From NCBI GenBank assembly GCA_964571255.1, contig CAZNAA010000002.1, forward strand, positions 28,746 to 92,745: a stretch of DNA of 64,000 nt, read 5' to 3'. This DNA comes from an uncultured Gammaproteobacteria bacterium (GTDB lineage Bacteria; Patescibacteriota; Microgenomatia; Levybacterales; UBA12049). How positions within the stretch are numbered: the stretch's first letter is position 1; the number at the start of each line of letters is the position of its first letter. The position numbers and the translations under genes are program-made. Under the pieces are notes generated by a model that was not told the DNA's origin, did not search any database, and worked only from the letters and a program-made list of their open reading frames with translations. Positions 9,432-18,816 of this stretch are shown piece after piece.

Positions 9432-9459
9432 CTTATTGTACAGAATAATGTACAATAAG
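9432..9459 (-). promoter_or_regulatory. perfect 11-bp inverted repeat (CTTATTGTACA-N6-TGTACAATAAG), putative TA operator
   Basis: Seen directly in the sequence, 4 nt upstream of the antitoxin start codon. Confidence 0.5.
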
Positions 9460-9468
9460 TCAAGAGAC

Positions 9469-9774
9469 TTATTGTAACTTCTCACCCCACTCATTGAGTT
9501 GACTGACAATCTTTTTTAAACCTATGCCTTTTTCAGTTAACGAATACTCTACTTGGAGTGGTTTTTTAGAGACTACTTCACGCACAAGAATATTGTATTT
9601 TTCTAAAGTCCTCAATCTTTGCGTCAATGTCTTCGTACTTACCATTTCTAAGCTCCTGTGGAGCTCACCAAACCGTTTTTTCCCAGAACATAACTGATGG
9701 ATAAGAAGAAGAGTCCATTTGCTTCCTATGACTTTTAGTGCCTTTTCAACCCCACAATTTTTACAACTATCCAT
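9469..9774 (-). CDS. HxlR-family winged-helix transcriptional regulator
   Basis: 101 aa. SKWTLLLIHQL...KKRFGELHRSL...TLTQRLRTLEKYNIL is canonical HxlR/MarR-like. Confidence 0.75.
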   Translation of the reverse strand: MDSCKNCGVEKALKVIGSKWTLLLIHQLCSGKKRFGELHRSLEMVSTKTLTQRLRTLEKYNILVREVVSKKPLQVEYSLTEKGIGLKKIVSQLNEWGEKLQ

Positions 9775-9779
9775 ATACT

Positions 9780-9816
9780 AGTTACTTTAAAGTAACTACT
9801 TTACTTTGTAAAGTAG
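9780..9816. promoter_or_regulatory. twin palindromes in the divergent hxlR-like / FMN-reductase intergenic region
   Basis: AGTTACTTTAAAGTAACT is an 18-bp perfect palindrome at 9780-9797. CTACTTTAC-TTT-GTAAAGTAG lies at 9796-9816. Confidence 0.5.
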
Positions 9817-9834
9817 TCAGAGTATGCTTACTTC

Positions 9835-10413
9835 ATGACAATTCAAATTATTCTAGGGAGTACAAGAGAGGGGAGATTTGGCGAGGCAGTTGCTAAATAT
9901 GTTCTCTCCCAAGCAGAAAAATTCAAAACAGCAGAGATTAAATTTGACTATATCGATTTAAAAGAACATCCTCTTCCCTTTTTTGCTGATGAAAAAGCTC
10001 CTTCTTTTGTTCTAGATGGAAAATACCCAACCAAAGAACATACCCAGTGGGGAAAAAGAATTGCCAAAGGAGACGGATATATTATCCTTACTCCAGAATA
10101 TAATCATGGCTATCCAGCCGTTCTCAAAAATGCACTTGACCATTTGTATCACGAATGGGGAAATAAACCGGTTGCTTTTATTGGCTATGGAGGACTAGCA
10201 GGTGGAGCACGAAGCGTTGAACAGTTAAAACAAGTAGTAACAGAGCTACGTATGATCCCCATTCGTGAAGGATCTCTGATTCAGCACGTTTATGGAGTAT
10301 TTCAAAAAGACGGAACAATTCAACAGGAGTCCGCTCTTCCCCATTTAGATAAAGTCTTTGAGGATCTGATTGACTGGACGAAAAAATTGAAAAAACTTCG
10401 TGAGGAAAAATAG
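9835..10413 (+). CDS. NAD(P)H-dependent FMN reductase-family oxidoreductase
   Basis: 192 aa. The IILGSTREGR flavodoxin-like N-terminus and the YNHGYPAVLKNALD motif are present. The divergent pairing with an HxlR regulator is a classical arrangement. Confidence 0.75.
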   Translation: MTIQIILGSTREGRFGEAVAKYVLSQAEKFKTAEIKFDYIDLKEHPLPFFADEKAPSFVLDGKYPTKEHTQWGKRIAKGDGYIILTPEYNHGYPAVLKNALDHLYHEWGNKPVAFIGYGGLAGGARSVEQLKQVVTELRMIPIREGSLIQHVYGVFQKDGTIQQESALPHLDKVFEDLIDWTKKLKKLREEK

Positions 10414-10707
10414 TTATTTTCTTGCCGTTATTCCATGAGAGGAGGCAAATCCTCTTAATTGTTTTACCGTAATTCCTCCAAATTCTTCCCCAAGACCACT
10501 AGCAATTTGCTCATAGTCTAACCCTTGTGCACGTGCTTGTATAAGAAGAGTTTTTAGCAACACTGCTTTTTCAGGAGTTAATTTGAGACGTCCTCCTGGT
10601 TGGTCTGGAGCTTTATCAGAAGAATTTTCTTGCTCTTCTCTCCTGCGCTCTCTTATTTGAGCAATTCTTCTTTCTTTATAGCTAAGATAGGGACGATTTT
10701 CACTCAT
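10414..10707 (-). CDS. hypothetical small basic/acidic protein (97 aa)
   Basis: ORF only. A possible HTH-like segment is present (DYEQIASGLG). Confidence 0.35.
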   Translation of the reverse strand: MSENRPYLSYKERRIAQIRERRREEQENSSDKAPDQPGGRLKLTPEKAVLLKTLLIQARAQGLDYEQIASGLGEEFGGITVKQLRGFASSHGITARK

Positions 10708-10771
10708 TTGTAGGTATTTTAACGTATTTTTTCATTTTTGCAAGCTATTTTTAGCTTTGGAGTAAGAAATA

Positions 10772-11053
10772 CTATTTTTTATATTGTCTTTTTCCTCCTT
10801 TACGCTTCCACCATCTTACCTGTATATCAGTTGAAGACTTAACCATATGTAGGCAGTGTGACGCAATAAAGATATGCAAGTGATCTACGCTCAGACCTAC
10901 TTCTTTCGCAATTTGACTTCGTGGTTTCTTGTCAAGTATATCTTGCACAACTTGTCTTTTTAGCTCAGCTAACGCTTCAGGTGTCCGGCTAATATTGACT
11001 CTTCCAGTTTCAGGAGGAATAGGTCTATTGCTTCTGAGGTCTCTTTCTGCCAT
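10772..11053 (-). CDS. hypothetical protein (93 aa), possible HTH
   Basis: ORF only. SQIAKEVGLSVDHL is a helix-turn-helix-like segment. Confidence 0.3.
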   Translation of the reverse strand: MAERDLRSNRPIPPETGRVNISRTPEALAELKRQVVQDILDKKPRSQIAKEVGLSVDHLHIFIASHCLHMVKSSTDIQVRWWKRKGGKRQYKK

Positions 11054-11070
11054 AGAGAGGGTAATTACAG

Positions 11071-11577
11071 TTATTTCTTTAACTGAGTATGTTTTTCGTG
11101 AGAGAGATCATAGGAGAAAAGTTCACTTTCTGAAAACCAATGAGCAATCTCTAAGGTTGCTTCGTCAGGATCTCCTGATGCATGTAAAAGGTTTGGAAGG
11201 CCAGTATCTTGCTTATCAGCGTAATCAAAACTAGCATGAGCAAAATCTCCTCTGATAGTTCCAGGCAGAGCAGATTTGGGCTCGGTTGTTCCAACCATTT
11301 TTCGAACAGTTCCAACAGCTTCTACTCCTTCAAGAACAAATGCAAGAACTGGTCCTTGAGTCATCATGGAAAGAGTCACATCAAACGCTTTTTGTCCACG
11401 TCTGGAAATCATTTTGCCAATGTTTTCGTAGTGGTGGAAAAAGTGATCATAATTTGGAGAAAGCATTTTTGCTCCAACAAGTTTGAGTCCAGCTCTCTCA
11501 AATCGAGTGAAGATTTCTCCAACAATCCCTCTTTGGATTGCATCTGGCTTAAAAATAATGAGAGTTCTTTGTAACAT
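11071..11577 (-). CDS. ndk: nucleoside-diphosphate kinase
   Basis: IIFKPDAIQRGIVGEI and the NLLHASGD active-site His region are present. 168 aa, with a short C-terminal extension. Confidence 0.9.
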   Translation of the reverse strand: MLQRTLIIFKPDAIQRGIVGEIFTRFERAGLKLVGAKMLSPNYDHFFHHYENIGKMISRRGQKAFDVTLSMMTQGPVLAFVLEGVEAVGTVRKMVGTTEPKSALPGTIRGDFAHASFDYADKQDTGLPNLLHASGDPDEATLEIAHWFSESELFSYDLSHEKHTQLKK

Positions 11578-11624
11578 CTATGGATAAGTATATCAGCTTT
11601 TTCTTTTTTTGACTAGAGAATCCT

Positions 11625-12899
11625 CTACATCTTAGCAAGAGATTCTAGCTTTTCTGTTGTAAAGGTATTTCCAATCACCGCAATATTCAAAGTATCATTC
11701 TTTACGTACTCTTTTCCAACACGTTCTATATCAGAAACGGTCACATTATCAATTCGTTTGAGGACTTCATCTGGATTTAGCATCTCATTCTCAATCAACT
11801 CTTGATGGGCATAGAAAACAGCAACTGAGCGGCTATCTTCCAGATCCAGTACCAAATGCCCCTTCAGATACTCTTTGGCTTTGGTTAACTCCTCCTCAGT
11901 AAGAAGCATCTTTCCTTCCTTCACCTTGGCTAGCTCTTCAAGAATCACTTTCATTGCGTCCTCTGCTCGTTTTGGATCAACTCCTGCAGTTGCAACTAAA
12001 CTCCCACAATCTTTATATTCATCTGAGTTGGCCCGAACATAATACGCTAGTCCCCTTTTCTCCCGTACTTCGGTAAACAAACGGGAACTCATCCCTCCTC
12101 CAAGAATGGCGGCAAGAACAGAAATGGGATAGTGTCTTGGGTCTTCAATCGAAACCGTTCGAACCCCAATGGCCATATGGACTTGTTCAGTTTTTTTCTC
12201 TTTGATAAAAACGTGTGGAGACGTTTGTTTTTCACTAACTGGTAAGGGCGTAACGGTTTTAAATGTAGGCATTTCTCCAAAGTATGAGAGAACTAATTTT
12301 TCTACCTCTTCAATGCTTGTTCCTCCAGCTACAACAATAGTCATATTATCAGCACTATATAAGGAGTTCATATAGTCAACAAAATCCTCTCTTTTGGTTT
12401 TCATAATGACCTTTTTGTCTCCGGCAATGTCCCACCCCATGGGAGTATCTCCGTACAAAAGTGACTCATACACGTCACCTAGTTTTCTCATCGGCAAATC
12501 TTCATACATGTTAATCTCCTCAATAATGACGCCCTTTTCTTTATCAATCTCCGTTTGTTCTAGCTTTGAATGAAGGAGCATATCAGAGAGGATATCTAGT
12601 GAAAGAGAAAGATTAGCTTTAGCTGATTTTATATAATACGCAGTGGTTTCTTTCCCAGTAAAAGCATTAAACTCTCCTCCCATCCCGTCAATTTGGCTTG
12701 AAATAATCTGTGCGCTAGGACGCTTCTCTGTTCCTTTAAATGCCATGTGTTCAAGAAAATGGGAAATTCCTGAGTTTTTCTTATTTTCGTATCTACTTCC
12801 TGCCCCAACCATGACCATAGCCGTGACACTTTCTAAGCCAGGCATTGGGATAGTGATTAATCGCAGACCATTAGGAAGAAGAGAGCGGTGATATTGCAT
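11625..12899 (-). CDS. M16-family (pitrilysin/insulinase-like) zinc peptidase
   Basis: 424 aa. Carries the inverted zinc-binding motif HFLEHMAFKGT (HxxEH). Confidence 0.85.
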   Translation of the reverse strand: MQYHRSLLPNGLRLITIPMPGLESVTAMVMVGAGSRYENKKNSGISHFLEHMAFKGTEKRPSAQIISSQIDGMGGEFNAFTGKETTAYYIKSAKANLSLSLDILSDMLLHSKLEQTEIDKEKGVIIEEINMYEDLPMRKLGDVYESLLYGDTPMGWDIAGDKKVIMKTKREDFVDYMNSLYSADNMTIVVAGGTSIEEVEKLVLSYFGEMPTFKTVTPLPVSEKQTSPHVFIKEKKTEQVHMAIGVRTVSIEDPRHYPISVLAAILGGGMSSRLFTEVREKRGLAYYVRANSDEYKDCGSLVATAGVDPKRAEDAMKVILEELAKVKEGKMLLTEEELTKAKEYLKGHLVLDLEDSRSVAVFYAHQELIENEMLNPDEVLKRIDNVTVSDIERVGKEYVKNDTLNIAVIGNTFTTEKLESLAKM

Positions 12900-12961
12900 G
12901 AGATTGAGTATAACACACCAAATGTGAAAAATTAGGAAGAAAAGAGAGACTCTTTTGAATA

Positions 12962-13474
12962 CTATTTATTATCAAGCTTGTTTTCAGAAGGAGTGTATCG
13001 TAATCCTTGTCCAGCAACAGCAGTAATGTGTCTTCGAAAGTCAGGATTAAGTAGACCTAGCTGATAGACAACTTTTCTTACTTCGTCTGGCCCTACATCT
13101 TTTCCTCTCCAAACAACTTCTATAATTGTATAATGGGAGACAATTTCTCCAGGATAGGCCTCAAGTAACGACATAAGCCTCCCATACTTTGTTGGAACGT
13201 CCTCCCAGGGTTTTTTCTCTTTCGTTTCTTTACTTCCTATATGAGGATATACATACGGACACACTCGCCGATTACGCTCACGAGTTGGAGCAGTACAGAG
13301 AAGATTCTCTCCTAAATAGGGACAGCTTAGTTGAATAGTCTTATTTGTTAGTACTCCTAAAAATACGGGAACAGGTTTTTTCTTACGAGGAAGAGAACCG
13401 TCTACTGATACTCCTTCACAATCAAAAGGATGTATGTTCTTTATCCGGGGCTCACGCAGTTCTTTTTCAGGCAT
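12962..13474 (-). CDS. Cys-rich protein with OmpR/PhoB-type winged-helix (trans_reg_C-like) C-terminus, no receiver domain
   Basis: 170 aa. LMSLLEAYPGEIVSHYTIIEVVWRG...VRKVVYQLGLL matches the wHTH pattern. Several Cys residues lie in the N-terminal half (CEG...C-PY...C...C). Confidence 0.45.
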   Translation of the reverse strand: MPEKELREPRIKNIHPFDCEGVSVDGSLPRKKKPVPVFLGVLTNKTIQLSCPYLGENLLCTAPTRERNRRVCPYVYPHIGSKETKEKKPWEDVPTKYGRLMSLLEAYPGEIVSHYTIIEVVWRGKDVGPDEVRKVVYQLGLLNPDFRRHITAVAGQGLRYTPSENKLDNK

Positions 13475-13530
13475 AGAGGGAATATAGCGTATTTTCTCTA
13501 GTAATGCAACTTAAGAGTCTTATCTACACG

Positions 13531-15222
13531 CTACATTCGTTCTGGAGCCTGGATACCAAGAAGATATAATCCTTTTTTGAGCACTTCTCCTGTTTTTTCT
13601 GTCAAAAAGAGTCTGGTTTGAGTTACATCCTCTGCTTGGTTAAGAATAGGACATTTTTGATAGAACAGATTAAATTGTTGAGCCAGTTCATAGAGATAGG
13701 TACATAAAAGATTGGGACTATATGTCTTTGCCGCTTGAGAAGTAATCTCATCAAATCGAGACAAAAGGCGAAGGAGAGTACTTTCCTCTTTTGAGAGAGG
13801 AGTATGTTTCATTTCTCCCTTTTTCCCGTCCCCTTTTTTCAAGACACTTTGGGTTCTGACAAAAGTATATTGCAAGTATGGCCCAGAGGAGCCGTCAAAA
13901 GAGATTGAGTCTTCAAAAGAAAACTCTACGTCCTTTCCGACTCCACTTTTCAAAAGTGCATATTTTATTGCAGCTTGTCCTATCTGTTCTGCTGTCTCTT
14001 CCCCTATCCCTTCACTTTTCTGACTTGAGGCAAGAATCTCGCTTGATCTTCTTTTGGCCTCGTCCAGTAGCCACTCCCCCGTTACAACTTTTCCTGTTCG
14101 GCTGGACATTTTCCCTTCAGGAAGTCTCACCATTCCGTGTGTTATGTGTTTAGTTTTTTCCGAGAGATCGGGACGAATTAAAGAGAGCGACTTGAGAAGC
14201 ACTTTAAAATACTCTGCTATCTCATTTCCCGTCACAATAACAGATAACGTATAGGGGAAATAGGTATACTTTAAAGGAGCTAATCCTAGCTCTTTAGCTT
14301 CATAGGTCGGAAGTCCTAAAGAGTTGATAAACACTCTACTATGCAACCCGTACTGCTCACCTGGGAAAATGACTGCTCCTTCACTTTCTTTAAAAATTCC
14401 CTTCTCTTTATACTCTAAAACGAGTTTTTTCCCTGCTTCTCCTACTTCACTCTCAAAAAAGAAGCGGTCAAAGCTACTTCCTAATCTGGCGTATAACTGA
14501 TCAAAATATTCAAGACTCCACTGTCTTCCTATTGTATAGAGCTCCATGATAGAGGACTCTTTCGCATAGACTGCTTTATTGATCTCAATGATCTCTTTTT
14601 TGGCTTCCTCTGATACTTCGTAATCCTTAGAACCAAGTGCATAACACTCTCCTAAGAACTGGGCTTTTTCTGAGACTGTTTTTCTCTCATATGAAGAAAG
14701 TATTACTCCGTCTTTTTCTTTTTGTTTTATTCCCCACAAAGATTTGGCAACGTGTAATCCAACGTCTCCTTGATAGGTAACTCGCTTCACCTGCGCTCCT
14801 GTATATTCAAATAATCTGCTCAAAGATTCTCCAACGATATTCGTATAGACGTGTCCTATATGAAACTCTTTAAAGGGATTTGGATCCGTATACTCAACAA
14901 TAACCTTCTCCCCTGTCATTTCTTTCTCAGGTGTATGCGTAATTTGGGAAACAAGAAATGATTGAGAAAGCGTAATGTTTATAAATCCAGGAGCAACAGA
15001 CTTGACTGACTCAATCCCTAATTCCTGTTTTTGAATCTCAAGTTGGCTAGCTATTTCCTGCGCAATCTCTAATGGGTTTCTTTTGAGTTCTTTGGAAAGA
15101 ACCATGGCAATATTGGTTGTGTAATCTCCATGAGAAAGATCAGAAAGAATGACTGTAGGATGAGTACTACTGCCCATCTGAGAGACAATTTCTTTGAGTA
15201 CTAGTTCAAGCTGTTTTTTCAT
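13531..15222 (-). CDS. argS: arginine--tRNA ligase
   Basis: 563 aa class I aaRS with the HIGH motif (FHIGHVYTNIVGE). The length and anticodon-binding C-terminus are typical of ArgS. Confidence 0.93.
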   Translation of the reverse strand: MKKQLELVLKEIVSQMGSSTHPTVILSDLSHGDYTTNIAMVLSKELKRNPLEIAQEIASQLEIQKQELGIESVKSVAPGFINITLSQSFLVSQITHTPEKEMTGEKVIVEYTDPNPFKEFHIGHVYTNIVGESLSRLFEYTGAQVKRVTYQGDVGLHVAKSLWGIKQKEKDGVILSSYERKTVSEKAQFLGECYALGSKDYEVSEEAKKEIIEINKAVYAKESSIMELYTIGRQWSLEYFDQLYARLGSSFDRFFFESEVGEAGKKLVLEYKEKGIFKESEGAVIFPGEQYGLHSRVFINSLGLPTYEAKELGLAPLKYTYFPYTLSVIVTGNEIAEYFKVLLKSLSLIRPDLSEKTKHITHGMVRLPEGKMSSRTGKVVTGEWLLDEAKRRSSEILASSQKSEGIGEETAEQIGQAAIKYALLKSGVGKDVEFSFEDSISFDGSSGPYLQYTFVRTQSVLKKGDGKKGEMKHTPLSKEESTLLRLLSRFDEITSQAAKTYSPNLLCTYLYELAQQFNLFYQKCPILNQAEDVTQTRLFLTEKTGEVLKKGLYLLGIQAPERM

Positions 15223-15385
15223 ATTGGTAGTATATCACTGAGTCTTTAAAAGCAGAATACAGGGTTTTTAATAGAAAAATAGGATATGCATGTTTATCTA
15301 AAAGCATACAATCGTATGCAAATTACTTTTTCTCCCGTCTTAATCCTACTTAGCAGACTCCTCTCTATTCCGATAGAAATTCTCT

Positions 15386-16111
15386 TTGACAGTAACATCA
15401 CTTCTTCTTATAATACGCTCCATGTCATCTTCACCAGAATATCCTTCTTCAGAAGAGCCTAAAAAAAGTCGAGTAGAACTTTGGACTACTCTTCTAGGAA
15501 AGGTAGAAGAGGATATTTCGGAAAATTGGGGATTTCAATTTCTACCCGAAATGGAGCTACCCCTTTCTACCACATGTCAGGTTATAACCGGAGAAATGAT
15601 TATCCCTGAAGTCTACTACCGCTATCCTCATCCTGGAATTCTATACAACCCAAATGCAAGTAGTATAGAAAGATTTTATGGTTATATGTGTGTTATTGCT
15701 GATGTGGTACAAGGAGTGTATCACCCACAAGCTTTATTTGATGTAGAAGAATATACTGGCAGAATTGGGCTTCTTGAAGAGATTAGATTAACAGAGACAG
15801 TAGAAGATTATACAGATGCGGGAAGAGGAAATTTGGAACTTCTCTCGAGAAGTTTTGTTTTAGAAACCAGTGAGGAAGAGTGGGAAAGACTTATTGAAAT
15901 ATCCCTTAACTCACGCCTGGCTATCACCCTGACCAGAGACACCATTCCTGATGCCGAAGCTATAGAGATACTTGTAAGAGAGGATTTTTCTCGAGCCAGA
16001 CAAATTGGCAAGAGACTAAAAGAGCCTGAGAATCAACCTCTGTTCTCTGAAATGGAAAGGTATCTCACTTTTGAGTTGGGAAGACTTGAACCTGAAGAAC
16101 CTTTCCCTTAG
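15386..16111 (+). CDS. hypothetical acidic protein (241 aa)
   Basis: ORF only. The start is uncertain. Overlaps the convergent neighbour by about 47 nt. Confidence 0.35.
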   Translation: MTVTSLLLIIRSMSSSPEYPSSEEPKKSRVELWTTLLGKVEEDISENWGFQFLPEMELPLSTTCQVITGEMIIPEVYYRYPHPGILYNPNASSIERFYGYMCVIADVVQGVYHPQALFDVEEYTGRIGLLEEIRLTETVEDYTDAGRGNLELLSRSFVLETSEEEWERLIEISLNSRLAITLTRDTIPDAEAIEILVREDFSRARQIGKRLKEPENQPLFSEMERYLTFELGRLEPEEPFP

Positions 16112-16943
16112 TATTAAACGTCACCTCTCCATCTTTATCTGTGCGATACATTTTTATTTTATTCTTCTCAAGTAAAGAAATCATCTCTTTTGATGGATGC
16201 CCATATTTGTTCTTCCCTACAGAAAAAACTGCTATCTCAGGCTTAATAAGATCAAGTATTTCTTGACTTAGACCACTTTTAGATCCATGGTGAGGAACTT
16301 GGAGAACATCAATATCCCCTGTAAACCCCTCAAGTGCATCTGTTAACCCCTCCACTTGACTATCTCCTGTAAAAAGAATCGAGGTGTCCTTATACTCAAG
16401 GAGTAAAACGAGGTTTCCAAAACCTTCACTTTCATTAATTTCCCCCGTTGGCGCAGTTTGCACTAAAAACTCCTTACTTGGGCCCAAAACAGTGAGCGAT
16501 ACTCCCTCACTCGTTTGATATGAGTCACCCTTCCACAAGTAGTTAATCAAGATGCTTTGGTCTGCTAAAGTACTCATCAAACTCAAGAATTCATCGGTCT
16601 GATTTGTCACTTTTTCTGTATCAAAACTCTTAATACTATATCGATAAATAACACTTTCAAGCCCTGCTAAGTGGTCTAAATGGGGATGAGTGAGAAAAAC
16701 AACGTCCAAGGTTCGGTCCCAAAAAGGAAGATGAGAAAGAAGACAAGAATGAATTGATTCGTTTGGCCCTCCATCAATGATAAATTGACTTCCTTTAGGA
16801 GTTCTAATAACAATAGCATCTCCCTGCCCCACGTTACAAAAAGTAACCGTGAGCCCTTCTGATCTGACAATCTGAAGTCCTTGATACAGCCCAAATCCAA
16901 GCATAAATAGGCCACTAAGAATGAGAAGAGGAAGTTTTTTCAT
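16065..16943 (-). CDS. MBL-fold metallo-hydrolase, ComEC C-terminal-domain-like
   Basis: 292 aa with an N-terminal TM segment. Carries the HPHLDHLAG (HxHxDH) motif. Overlaps the comEC-like ORF by 29 nt on the same strand. Confidence 0.75.
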   Translation of the reverse strand: MKKLPLLILSGLFMLGFGLYQGLQIVRSEGLTVTFCNVGQGDAIVIRTPKGSQFIIDGGPNESIHSCLLSHLPFWDRTLDVVFLTHPHLDHLAGLESVIYRYSIKSFDTEKVTNQTDEFLSLMSTLADQSILINYLWKGDSYQTSEGVSLTVLGPSKEFLVQTAPTGEINESEGFGNLVLLLEYKDTSILFTGDSQVEGLTDALEGFTGDIDVLQVPHHGSKSGLSQEILDLIKPEIAVFSVGKNKYGHPSKEMISLLEKNKIKMYRTDKDGEVTFNTKGKVLQVQVFPTQK

Positions 16944-18153
16944 ATGAGTTTCTATACAACACTAAATACAGCCAGACTGCAAGCAGATACCATCCAATAG
17001 AGAAGAATATCGAATCAATCTCAACAGTCAGTGAGAAAGGAGCAAAAAACAGCACTACTTGAGTAAAAAACCAGAGAAAAGGTACGCTAAGTGTTGCAAT
17101 AAGTGAGCCTAGAAGTGGAAAGACCAAACTTACCCCTCCACTTACTCCTCCAACAAGCATGAGAAGTGGCATCATCCAGAGAACTAAGGTATTCGTGAGA
17201 AGAGAAAAGAAATTAAGCTGGCCAAAGGTAAAAAGCAGAACAGGAAGGGTAAGGATTTGGGCACAAAACGTGATTAAGAGATCTGATATTCCCACAATTC
17301 CTTTGATATACCTTTCAAGAAACGGTTGATAGAGCAAAATACCCAGAGTTGAAAGAAAAGACAATTGAAACCCCAGATCAAAAAGTAAAAAAGGCTGAAA
17401 TATCACCATCCCATATCCAGCCAGGCATAATAACCAGACACCTCTAGTCTGCCTGCCCCATACTCCGCCAAGCAGAGTAATGCTTCCCATAATCGTAGCC
17501 CGCAGAATGCTTGCTTGAGCTCCTGCAAAGAAGAAATACAAAATAAGTACGCCTATACTCAAAAGGATTGCTGTTTGCCGCCTTGTTACACGCAGGAAAA
17601 GACTCATTAGCAGTCCTGCAAGAAGAGTAACATTCATGCCTGATGCAACAGTAATATGAGAAACTCCAGTTGATCTAATTGCCTCTTTCAGAGAGGGAGT
17701 AAGCGGCTGATTCACTCCAAAAGTAATCCCCGTTAGAAGCCCCACGTGATCAGAAGAGAGAAAATAAGACATTCTTTGCTTCACTTCTTGTTGAAAAGTA
17801 ATCAAAGAAGAGAGAAAAGGAGAAGAAGATAGGACTCTCACTTCATTTGCAGAGACTGAATACCAGACTCTTCCCCTGTCGTCTTTTCTTTCTTTAAAGA
17901 CTCCTTTTATACCTATTTTGTCTCCATAAGAAAGTCTTATTGTTTTCTTTGCAATGATAAAGACACGAAATTGCCCATTAGCAATCACGCTAAACGATTG
18001 ATACTCTGGTTTCTCCTCAGGGACGGAAAGAAGCGTTGCTTCAAAAAAAACCTCACGTTCTGGAGTGAAAGGAAGAGGAGTTGAGAAAAAAAGAAATAAA
18101 CGAAGAGATAAAAGAGAAAGTCCAACTAAACAGATTCCTAAAAAAAGCTTCAT
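16915..18153 (-). CDS. comEC: ComEC/Rec2-family competence membrane channel (N-terminal and competence domains only)
   Basis: 412 aa polytopic membrane protein with competence-domain-like TM topology. Directly downstream of comEA. Confidence 0.75.
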   Translation of the reverse strand: MKLFLGICLVGLSLLSLRLFLFFSTPLPFTPEREVFFEATLLSVPEEKPEYQSFSVIANGQFRVFIIAKKTIRLSYGDKIGIKGVFKERKDDRGRVWYSVSANEVRVLSSSPFLSSLITFQQEVKQRMSYFLSSDHVGLLTGITFGVNQPLTPSLKEAIRSTGVSHITVASGMNVTLLAGLLMSLFLRVTRRQTAILLSIGVLILYFFFAGAQASILRATIMGSITLLGGVWGRQTRGVWLLCLAGYGMVIFQPFLLFDLGFQLSFLSTLGILLYQPFLERYIKGIVGISDLLITFCAQILTLPVLLFTFGQLNFFSLLTNTLVLWMMPLLMLVGGVSGGVSLVFPLLGSLIATLSVPFLWFFTQVVLFFAPFSLTVEIDSIFFSIGWYLLAVWLYLVLYRNSYEKTSSSHS

Positions 18154-18767
18154 TAGAGTGTAATCATATTCCGTATCTTCTCAAAAACCCCTACTGATAC
18201 CACTTTTTTCTCAGTAAGCTCTTCAAGAGCACTATATGGCCTAGCTGATATGATTTTCTGTGCTGTTTGTACCCCAATTCCAGGCAGCGTATCCAACTGT
18301 GCCGCTGAGGCTGTATTCATAGAGATAAGACCATCTTTGCTTCCTAAAACACTGGTAGTAGAAATTACTACCTCTTCTCCTTCAAAAGGAATATATAACT
18401 TCATTCCATCAGTGAGTTTCTGAGCTAAGTTTATTTCTCTAGCAATGAGAGCTTTATTTGCATTTAGAGCAAATCCTCCAGCCATTTCAACCACTTCCCC
18501 CACTCTGCTCTCCTCAGAAACTGAATATAGTCCAGGAGAGACCACGGCACCAGAGAGATCAATAACAATTGTCTTAGGAGTTGCTGCAGAAGAAGAAACA
18601 GACTGGGACTCTTGCCCTCTGGTAAAGATAACCTCTGAAGACTCACGAGGAATAAAATACTGCATCAAACCGTATAGTAATAGACCAATTCCTATCAAGC
18701 CAATGATTGTTACCAAGCCGTATTTGCGAAGAGTAAGAAGAAATGAAGACTCAAAGTCATCATCCAT
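18153..18767 (-). CDS. comEA: competence protein ComEA (SLBB + helix-hairpin-helix DNA-binding)
   Basis: 204 aa with an N-terminal TM segment. The C-terminal LDTLPGIGVQTAQKIISARPY...VGVFEKIRNMI segment is a tandem HhH. Confidence 0.8.
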   Translation of the reverse strand: MDDDFESSFLLTLRKYGLVTIIGLIGIGLLLYGLMQYFIPRESSEVIFTRGQESQSVSSSAATPKTIVIDLSGAVVSPGLYSVSEESRVGEVVEMAGGFALNANKALIAREINLAQKLTDGMKLYIPFEGEEVVISTTSVLGSKDGLISMNTASAAQLDTLPGIGVQTAQKIISARPYSALEELTEKKVVSVGVFEKIRNMITL

Positions 18768-18816
18768 ATATGACTAGCGTAGCAAAAGGAAGAGAGATTG
18801 CAAGAGAGAAAAGGAG

